DNA of 56,981 nt, the filler included, from Dimargaris cristalligena (lineage: Eukaryota): assembly GCA_003614675.1 (NCBI GenBank). It is 6 parts of 6 records of this genome, joined end to end, with 100 filler letters (N's around TTAATTAATTAA, not from the genome) between each part and the next. Parts side by side here need not be neighbours in the genome. Positions count along the whole stretch, not along the records: positions 47,612 to 56,981 come from ML003265.1; 5 more parts are not named here. One strand, written 5' to 3'. The position numbers were made by a program, and so were the translations under genes. Numbering within the stretch: the stretch's first letter is position 1; each line of letters opens with the position of its first letter. Positions 47,612-56,981 of this stretch are shown here, piece by piece. Below the pieces are notes generated by a model. That model had not been told where the DNA came from. It did no database searches and saw nothing but the letters and a program-made list of their open reading frames with translations.

Positions 47612-49159
47612 CATTCGGTGAGCCGGAAAGGGGGGCGGTCGAGGCCGAGGATCCGGCCGCTTTGGGGCCCCCGCTGAAGGAAAAGCCCGGGAAACTCCAC
47701 CCCAGCGTTCGGCGGGGTTTCGGCACCTCCACATTGGGGCCGTGGGACACGACCAAATGGTACCAGTGACCCGGTCGGATCTCCCGGCCGCGCACCAGCA
47801 GAGTAGCCAGGGGACCTAGGACGGTGGGTTCGGTCACTGGACCGGCGGCGGAGGTAGTGGGGGGCACTCGAGCGAGTTGGTAATGGACACTCAAAAGTTG
47901 GGATGTGGGGTCCCACTGGACGTGAAGCTCGGTGGGGGCACTGGAGGAGCGGGAGGGTAGAAGCCGGGCCTCCAGATCAACGAAGGGTTTCGAGGATAGG
48001 GATATCAGGGTCATGGGCTGGATATCGTCGCCGGGCTCGATACAAAACCAGAAGGCGATACTATAGCCCTTTGTATTGACCAATTGGTGGGTGTGGGTCA
48101 CGGTGATGCCCGTGTTTAGCTGGTCCAGGTGAAAATAGGAGGCCGACAGTGAGTTTCGGTAGGCGCGGGCGGGCAGCCGGGCGGGACCGTCGGGGTGGGT
48201 GGCGGTGAGTAGTACGTCATTCAGAATTTTCTGGACGAGGGCGTAATCGGTCCTGGGCCTTTCGGGAAAGGTACCCCCGGTCAAGAATTGGGAATAGGGG
48301 AAATAGAGCGAGTATTCGGGCTGGTCTACGGCTATGGGGGCTTCGGGGTCCCCGGGGGACATGGGGCAATTAAACTGGGCCGGAATCGCCGAGCAGCGTG
48401 CGTGGGCCTGTAGAAATGCGGTGAGCTGGGGCATGGTGGTGGCGTAGCCTAATAGGCTGGTGACCAGGGAGGTGGTATACCGATGGACATTGTCCCGGTA
48501 GGCCGACGATGGGGATTCGGGCAGAGTAAGGCACCATAACTCAATGTGATCTAATAGTAGCGCGGGGATGCGGGAGGTGTGCAGGGCCCATAGGGTTCGC
48601 TCTCCCCGGCCCACGAGGGCATTGAGGCGCCAAAGAAATTGGGCGACTAGTTCGATAAGGGGGTAGGTCTCGGCGGGGACTGTAGGTGGTGGTTCGGAGG
48701 ACGCAAGATCCATGTGAAGTGCAGCTTCGCGAAGGAGGGCAAGAATCAGCTCAGTCAGACCCGTGAGCACGCGGATACCCTCGGGGGTCAATTTTAGCGG
48801 AGTGTTGGTTACCGATATAGCACTGGGGTGGTGGGCGAGTAGTGTGGATAGCGGGCTTGGCCAACGCGGCTGGCTTACGATATGGCCCCAGAGGGCTTCC
48901 CAGATGGCCGGCAGCCGCACCAATAGGCTACACCGCCGCAGGGCCTTCATGGTCCGCTCGCAACCTCGCAACTCTCGGTAGAAAAAGGGGCGAGCTGCAG
49001 GCGACTGGCGAATATGGGCGGTTAACAACTGGATACATGTGGCAATAATGGCGGCCAGCTGACAATTCCGTTCGACCCGACGCTGGTCGCGACGGCTCTC
49101 GCCCTTTCTCGGCTGTACCGAACCACGAATGGCGCCATTCCCGTCGCGTCGGTCCCCTG

Positions 49160-49201
<42 letters not shown>

Positions 49202-49595
49202 ACGATGCCTGATTGTAATGGGCAGAGGCAGTGTACTTCGGTTTAGGTGGTGACTGGTATAGTAGAATGCACCATTCAAGGGCTAGAAGGATAGGTTCCA
49301 TGGTCGATACGGAGCCACTGCTACCACAGCCAGGGCTGGGGGGTACGGCCGAGGCGGCTAAGCAACCGGTGAGTTGGGAGTGGGTCTTGGCCAAAAAGGC
49401 CGGGTCGGCCTCATCCGGGCAATTTTGGTACTCCGTCAAATAGTCGATTAAGGTGACGCAAAGCGATTCCACCGGGTCCCCCGCAGCCAGGGAGGTGGTA
49501 TATGGCGACGAGGAGAACGGGGTGTTAGACATAGGTTCGGCCGACAACATGGGGTGGTTCGCCTGGCCCCGTGGGGGGGCAGCCGGTGGAGACAT
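47612..49595 (-). CDS. N-terminal part of a probable BEACH-family protein (helical region plus ConA/LamG-like domain), truncated
   Basis: ORF open to the gap; GYSIAFWFCIE and IRPGHWYHLVVSH resemble the ConA-like lectin domain of LYST/WDFY3/neurobeachin-type proteins. The BEACH domain itself is not in the window. Confidence 0.55.
49161..49200. repeat. (AGT)13 coding microsatellite (poly-Thr)
   Basis: agtagtagt... seen directly; encodes the poly-T run in the minus-strand ORF. Confidence 0.9.
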
Positions 49596-52304
49596 GGGGC
49601 AGGGTTTTGATGAAGGGGGAGAAGAAAGTTGGTTTTCCAATTTAAAGTGGAGACGGCTTATGAGACTCAGGCGGCAATACCGATAAGGAGGCTAGAGTAG
49701 TCGGGGAGTAATTTAGAAAATAGGAGACGGCGTTTTGGTGGCCTTGACCCACCGTTTTCGGGTGGCAAGCGGGCTGAGTGCACGGAGGGGTGTATCAGTA
49801 TGTAAATGTTTTTTAATAAAGAAGTAAGGGCTCCACAGCAGTCCGATAGCTAACAAAGCACAATGCGGTGGATGGCTGGAGCCAGACTAAGCACTCCGAT
49901 TCGGCAATAGTCTAAATCAGCGGGCAAGGAACGACTAAGCAAACTATATATATAATACAGAGCAAGACGGACTTATAGAAATAGCAGGGTATATAACTAA
50001 ATAGGCGGGAGGGAAAGAAAGGAATGAACCAAGTGGTGCAGCATATAGGAGATGAGGTGGCTCTGTTCCAGTCAGGGTAAAGTTAGGAGGATGTGCGTAT
50101 GCTGTGTACGTGTGGCCTATGGGAGCCAGATATCCTCGTCCGCTTTCAGCAGGGTGTCGCTCAATTTGCCGTTCTCTCCTTCTCCCATCATTAAAGCGCC
50201 GCTGGGGCTATTGTGGGGAAACGACTCTACTGTTATTAAGGAAACGAGGGTTGCCAGTGAACTCCATAGTCTAGCCTGGGCCACACAGCCCCGGCCGCGT
50301 ATGGGCTTACTAAGGTATAAGATCAATGGAATGGGTCATATACAGTCTTAATTAGGACCCTTTACCTTCCAGCCAGGTTGATTCAGCACGCCAGTCTGGG
50401 GAGAGTAGAAGAATCCTTTACCCAGCCCTCCGAATTCCTCTCACAGCAGCCACGCTACAGTGCATCAATTCCCTTCCATTGGCCTTCTAAAACAATCGGT
50501 CATTCCCTTATCCCTACATCCCTCTCGCACCATCCCAGTACTATTTGAGATGAGTTGGACCCCGCTGGATCACCCACGGTGCTAACAAAACACTCCCGAT
50601 GCAAAATAGGTAGGCTGCATTAGTGGGTGCATTCTTCACTCAGGAAACACCCTGACGGATCCCTAAATATACCATAAATAGGGATGCAGGTGCGTTGATT
50701 GGTGCTAATTTAGCTCCCTGCCCACCGCGTATGTAATAAGCGGCTCCTGCTGCCTAATTATGAATTGGCAATAGCCACCCTTGGCCATTCACTCCAAATC
50801 TACCACTATGTAGTAGTGAGCGGGTGGCACACAGTGTAAAGGGGGAAGGGGATCACCACTTCATGTCTCACTGGCCATCGTCTCTGTCCCGCGCCATTCT
50901 CCCCATAAAAACCCCCGGGTGCCCTCAGTTTCGGACATTCCACAAGCCTGACCATCCCCGCTATTGGTGACTGTTTTCCGTCGATACTTGCGGTCCATTT
51001 TCATATGTTTTTTAAATCAAATACGTAACGCTGCTGTACTATGGTGCAGCCACCTGCTAGTCCCCAATTACTCCACTAATCAACAACCATTCCGCCTCAG
51101 CCAGCATCTTATCATTCGGTCTGGGTTCCAATAGCCTAGAGTATACTATTCATTTACAATCCTATTTTGGCGATCTAGGAATTGCCTGGGCCGGTGGACT
51201 CTGCATTAATCGATTCCTTAATTGGGGTTTGGGGATAGTTGGTGTTTAAAGATCACCGTCGAGGGATACTGTCCCATACTCTTGGTACTCTGTAATATAT
51301 GCGTGGCTTCCCATGGAAACCTTATATTATAGGGCCATTTTTGATTAGCACCTAATGCGTGTGCAACCACAATCCGAGACGAACGTCCCCGACCCTACCC
51401 CCTCACGTGACCTAATAAACCAAACGCCCCCCTCGAGCGATGCGCGAACGATAGCCGCCCCCGACAATCCCTAGAATAAGCAGGAAGTATAAAACGAACA
51501 ACATGTTACGGGATCCCAATATCGGGTATATTTAAATAAAATACTTATATAAACTTTACTAGTCGGTTACTCTAAAGGTTCCATGTTCCCCACTCGGACC
51601 GTAGCTCATTGGTAATTCATTCCCCGGTCCTCCTCGGCCATTGTGTTATACGTGATTCCCATACACATGTAAGGTTTTGGATGGTGCGGATGGGGTACCT
51701 TTAAAAATACCGGACAGGGGGGTGGGGGTTAAGACTGCCTATACAGATGCAGTGGTTCTTATATGCATACTACAAGTCAAGACTACTGATACTTATTTAA
51801 ATGGTCCAAGTCAGCCCACGGCAAAGCACTTGACTATAATTCATAGCTTTTGAGGGTTTTTGACCAAATTACCCATTATCATGTTCCCTGTGGATAGCAA
51901 TTATGACCAAAAGGTCGCCTGCCTTAGATTCACTTTAAATAAAACTCTACTTCATCTGACTATAATTCAGCCCAAGGAGATAATATTAATGACCCAGAAT
52001 CAGATTATAACTAACCCCTGCTTTCAAAGGAAAAGTTCAATATTGGGAACGATCACGTGACAATCAGAATGGCATCAAGTTTCGTGGATACAGGCATTTA
52101 TAGTCTAAATAGTAAGCGAGGAATCGGTATTTCCTAAGAGAATGCCCAAACTGCTGGTAAAAAGAGCTAGAGGGTCTGGATAATTAATTCATTGTACGCT
52201 ATTCATCAATTCATGACTAGTACCGGTTGGAAACAAACGGCATCCTGAGCAGCGGTCTGTAGCAGGGATGCCAAATAAAATCACTGCAGGGAATTGTCAA
52301 TTGA

Positions 52305-52446
52305 TATGGAAGAAATTCAAACCAGCTGTATAAGGTTTTACATAATACATGTATGGACGAATATATGCAAGAATATCTTTTAACCAGTGATATTGACCTC
52401 ATCCAATGGATTTTTCGTTATACGGCCTGAATGAACTTCTCCCATA
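52305..52446 (-). mobile_element. MITE-like element, ~138 bp, TA flanks
   Basis: TA|TGGAAGAAATTCAAACCAGCTGTATAAG ... TTATACGGCCTGAATGAACTTCTCCCA|TA; the reverse complement aligns end to end with 8292-8433 at the same length. Confidence 0.78.
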
Positions 52447-53453
52447 TTGTTTTCTAGAAAATGGCCCAGGCCTGACTTCCCTCATTCAATCAATTAGTTT
52501 CCGTGTTTACGGATATTCAGAGCTACCTACCTACTCGTTTGGGTATTTTATATCAATCGGTGGGTTATTAAAACCACGTGATCAGTAGAAGCCAGCTAGA
52601 TATTGAGCAAATGTGTTATTCGGTAGAGGGCCGCTAGTGGTCATGGTGAATTCTTTCTCCTCTAGCGCAATCCCGTCTGGTGCTCTAGTGACAAAGACTT
52701 ACCGCGGTACTATAACCAGCCTCTTCCATATTTACGGGCGAGGGTGCCTAAAAAAGAAAGACACTCGATATTATTGTCCCCGGTCATTCCAAATCAAAAT
52801 AGGCGGATAGAGTGGCATGTAGAAATACCACTGCTTCATTGGGTTAGCTGCTCCCATGAAACTGTTACCTTGGTGCCACACAAAGTAGTACGGAAATGGG
52901 CGCCATTTTATTTTTCCTGCCTTGACTTCGTCGATGGGCCGAGGGTTTTCTCCCCGCTGTGGATCGATATGCTCCCGCTTCGCCCCATTTAACTTCTAAT
53001 TAGCAAAATTATTGGCCTGGTAAATCGGCGGTTTGAACTTTCCCCTACAAGACACAGAAGGCGGGTTGCATCGACTGGCCAATCAAATGTATATATACAC
53101 AGTACTTGGCGCGACGTCTCACAGTGTTGTACCCTGGCAAAACAACACACTGGCGTGTTGGCGAAGTTCATCCCTTAAGGCTAAATCAAAATACCGAAAC
53201 TATACGTATGTTAAAAAAATCGGGGATCGGGCATCTCATCAAAGATGCCTATCTTGTTGTTATGCCTTTCTAATCACACCTTCGGGTCTCCCCAAATCTT
53301 CTCTGTTCCCAATTCCTCGTCGTCGTTTACTAATTTATTTGGTTTAACTAACTTGTAATATATTTCGGCTCGGACTCATTGCATGTAATTTCCGTCAGCA
53401 TATTTACAACTGGGGCCAAACTTTGATACTTATCTCCCAGCCAAATTCGCAGT

Positions 53454-55038
53454 ATGAGGATAGCCAAATACCTATTGGCCGGATTGGTAGGGTTGAGAAA
53501 CCATCAGAAATTTGATGGCCGTGACCATGTTAGTACTTCCCCCCAGCTGACTTTAGGCCAAAGAATTATGGACCTACCAGCAGAATTGCGATACCTCATT
53601 GCGGAGAAAATAAACCTTAGTGACTATATTCGGTTGGCTCCCATACTGTTTCCGAACGAAGCGAACTTACAAATTCAACTTACGAAAAAGGTCGGTGAAA
53701 ATGAACCGCCTTATTTAATAATCAGTCTCTCCTAGTTACTTTTCTCCCACTTATGCGAGACTAAAGATATAGATGAAAGCTGGAATACCCGAAGTGCCGA
53801 TCCTGGTGCTTTGCGACGCGTGGGTAGACCTGGATTTATCGATACCTTGTCAACACTAATTAAACCGAATATGAGTGTTCTTTATTCTTTATTGTGGAAA
53901 TCCGCCACATTCCTTGGCCTTACAGATCAATGTTTTCATACGGGAGCTTAAGAATATAGCACCTGTGCTGCAACTGGAATCTGAGGCTGAAAACGAAATT
54001 GGGAGGTATGAGATATCCCAGGGCAAACTGGATGACATGTTAGGCCACTGGACCACCGTGTTTCCGTTAGTAGCCAACACCGCCCTCATTGGAATCATTG
54101 GAGATGGTATCGACACTAGTGACCGTCACCGCACATCTGGTACCTCCCTTAGGTTGCTCACCAACGGTCAGGTTGATTACATGAAATTTGAAACCTTCTT
54201 TGGTACCAATCTACCGCAACAGCCATTCTTCGCCCAATCCAACTGGCGGTTTCTCAACATGGACCACCCATCTCTCTCTCTCGACGGGCCTAATCTGGCG
54301 ATGCATTTCCCCTTGGTAAAGTATGCAAACCTGGAAACGCTCACTCTTCTCAATGATATTGACGGTGACCTGGAAAGGGGATCTGTCCATAAGCAGGTTT
54401 CCAGACCGCAGTTTGAGATTATACGTAAAGAGCTGAATTTTAGTGCGCTTCAGGGAATGTACTATAATATGCAGCACATCCACTCCATCATAGTCGCGTT
54501 ATCAGCGTGTTTAATACTTCACCGCCTGTACCACAGTCCAGAGACCCAACGCCGTGCTATAATCGTCGAGTTTTTGGATCTTCACTTCCAGAAGCCGAAC
54601 TATCAGGACCCTTATCCCAAGCCCCATCGGCTGATGCAAACTGCAGTCGCCTTTATGCTTACTCTAGCCTCCGTGCGGAAAGACCTGCAGCTGGTGATAG
54701 CCCTCACTGATCGGTGGAATGGAAAATTCCAGAGGGAGGCTCGAAATACTGTGGGGGGCCCCAAAAAACCGTTCGGGAATTGCCTAGAAGCCGTGGGTTT
54801 GGACGAAGGTGCCGAATACCTGCGTAAGGTTTGGGCGATAAAATATCCAGAGTTGACTTTAGATATGGGGGAGTGTGCCAATCTATACCCGGACACGCGT
54901 TGGCTTCGTGTATTGCCCGATGGGAGTGTGGCCTTGGCCTTTTATTCCAAGGATTTCAGGTTTCCAGATAAAGCTACACTCGATATTTCAGTTATCTATA
55001 AGGCTGAGTCGGATTTTAAGTTAATGACATGGAAGTAA
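53454..55038 (+). CDS. Uncharacterised F-box-like family protein, paralog B (exons 53454-53690 and 53926-55038, ~449 aa)
   Basis: F-box-like IMDLPAELRYLIAEKINLSDYIRLAPIL; phase-0 intron AAG|gtcggt...ttacag|ATC; colinear with paralog A. Confidence 0.82.
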
Positions 55039-56644
55039 TCGGCTTTACCGGATACGGTTATTACTAGGCAGCTCAATTAACGTTATTATCTCTTTTTTTT
55101 TTTTCAATTTGTTGGCAAGTGGCGATTATAGTAAGCCTTTAATAGAATCGTTATAAATATGGCTTTGTTTAGATAGAGTGAATCAATCAATCTATGAACT
55201 ATGGATACAGATTGTCTGTAGTTTACAATCGGGCCGGTGGTAATCATTATATTTTCCGCTAATACACGGACTCGCTCTGCAACACTGGTTAGCGTACCAT
55301 GCTTCGGATAACATGGTACCGTGCAATGCCGAGTATTGAAACCCATGTACATTTAGAGGGTGGGGTACGACTGGGATTTCCACTCTCTTCCACTAATCCC
55401 CTTGGTTACAATGGCTCTACCTTTGTATGATTCGGTCATCACTGCAATACTATTACCAACCCAGTGCGATTAGTTTTGTTTAAATATTGGCATGTAACCT
55501 TGCATCGATCAGTGCCCCCTTTTGGGGCCCCGTTTATCCCGTTTACTACGGCCGGGTATTATCGCCAAAACAGGTAATGGAAATCCTAATAGCGTCATTT
55601 AGCTTGATGTGTAGGCGTGCCCCAAGAAATAGTCAATAAAATCGAGACTAATGGTGGAAAGGCACGGGTAGGGCAACTAGATGCTGCAATCAACAAGTGA
55701 GTGAAAATGAGGCATACTTTACAACCGGAGTTTGCGGCTAGTTAATGCTTTCGTGTCAAACATGGTTCTTTAATTTCAAGTCAAGACCAATTTAAACACC
55801 TTTTTATGTTGTTCAGGGGTACTTTATCATATTATAGGTTTCCCGAGTAATATTTAAAAACCCATACATTTTGTCAGGCTCAAAATTTTTTGCATTACAG
55901 GATGTGAATATCTGGTATACTAATATCTATATGATTGAGGTTAAGGAGAACGGCATGGACCTGTTTTCGAGCCTACTGCATATTATATTCATTGGCTTGC
56001 CGAGGTTCGAATATATAGCCTGTTTGTGTAAATATTGCAGTAAATAATATGCAAACTGAAGGAAGAAGCACCGACGTGCTATTGTTTGGAGCTACCAATT
56101 AGCACTTTGTCTAGGTTCCAGGTCTGTTCAGATTTAATACTCATTAATTAGTATCCCATGGTATAGGCCATGTGGGGCAGTACCAATCTTGTGAAGCCAA
56201 TTGTTACCAACTAAAAAGTGGTGTGATAACCGTAGGCACTCTCGGTGATGATATCCCAGGATCAATAAAAATCAGTCTTTTATTAAATAGATTCGAAGAG
56301 TTAAATGGCCATGAGGAGAAGGCTGCCCTCTTTAGCAAATTTATTTAGTAGATATATTTAGACACATGGGAGGTAAATATTTTCATAAGGTAAGGTCAAT
56401 AAAATAATCTCATGCTTGGGATGAGGTGATTTGTAAACAAAGAACACCTGTTTGTGATATATATTTTTGGGTGCCTGGTAGTCCATTGGTACGTAATTTG
56501 CCTTCGGGAATTCTAATGGAACTTTGTTCCGTTGACTGGGTCAATATATTTCCAAGTTGCTTACTTTCAACATGTTATTTTACTTCGTATATCGGTCTAT
56601 TACCATCATTAATGGGTTAACAATGTTATGTACAACTGACAACA

Positions 56645-56787
56645 TTAAGGGAATATTATACAAGTCTGTATAACGAAAAATATGTTGGATTAGGCAGATA
56701 CAACTGGTTAAAAATGAATCACCTGCCTATTTTCCCACACACATATTATTTAAAGCCTTATACAACTGGGCCGGATTTCGCCCATAT
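56645..56787 (+). mobile_element. Diverged MITE-like copy
   Basis: tgtataacgaaaaat...ctggttaaaaat...ttttcccacacacatattatttaaagccttatacaac...gccca|ta matches the other copies. Confidence 0.65.
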
Positions 56788-56805
56788 TAATGATCGTTAT
56801 ATGTA

Positions 56806-56981
56806 TGTCGCCCCTCCTAATCCGTCCTAATCCAACCGATATGACTGCCATCATATCAGGCCGTATAGCGCCATATTGTACCCCCCGGTGTCACAGAGTG
56901 GTGGTGTCGGGCCACTAAAATGAACAACAAAAATATATCAAAAGGGCAGGGTGGCTTCTCCAGGTGAACTGGTTTGTCACT
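56806..56981. mobile_element. Partial LTR related to the two solo LTRs, in the opposite orientation and cut by the contig end
   Basis: tgtcgcccctcctaatccg matches the reverse-complemented ends of the solo LTRs (tgtcagccctcctaatccg; tgtcggcccacctaatcc); tatagcgccatattg versus tatagtgctatattg further in. Confidence 0.6.

Noticed and set aside
51596-51630. tRNA-like start ggaccgtagctcattggt with a ggaccg/cggtcc stem
   Set aside because: No T-arm/B-box or cloverleaf follows.

Overview
Eukaryotic (fungal) genomic DNA with GT-AG introns. The gene content and style suggest an early-diverging fungus such as a Zoopagomycota/Dimargaris-like mycoparasite, but this is inference only. The window is not one locus: it is six separate ~9.4-kb contigs in descending size order, joined by artificial 100-bp N44-TTAATTAATTAA-N44 spacers. 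Conserved genes: a CaMK-type kinase, BRF1, XRCC3/Rad57, HEN1, TRAPPC6/Trs33, tubulin cofactor E and the N-terminal part of a probable BEACH protein. The most interesting content is: (1) two paralogs, on different contigs, of an unrecognised family with a short hydrophobic N-terminus, an F-box-like motif and a conserved unknown C-terminal domain, sharing one intron position and lying among repeats (candidate host-targeting F-box effectors); (2) a giant PB1-domain protein with ~40 tandem 34-aa units, each carrying an i+4 S/T ladder ending in SP (GSK3-relay-like); (3) a HEN1 with an acidic GW/WG-containing tail; (4) a ~138-bp TA-flanked MITE family (4 copies) and an LTR family (2 solo LTRs with perfect 5-bp TSDs plus 1 partial copy), with strong CpG depletion of old repeats.
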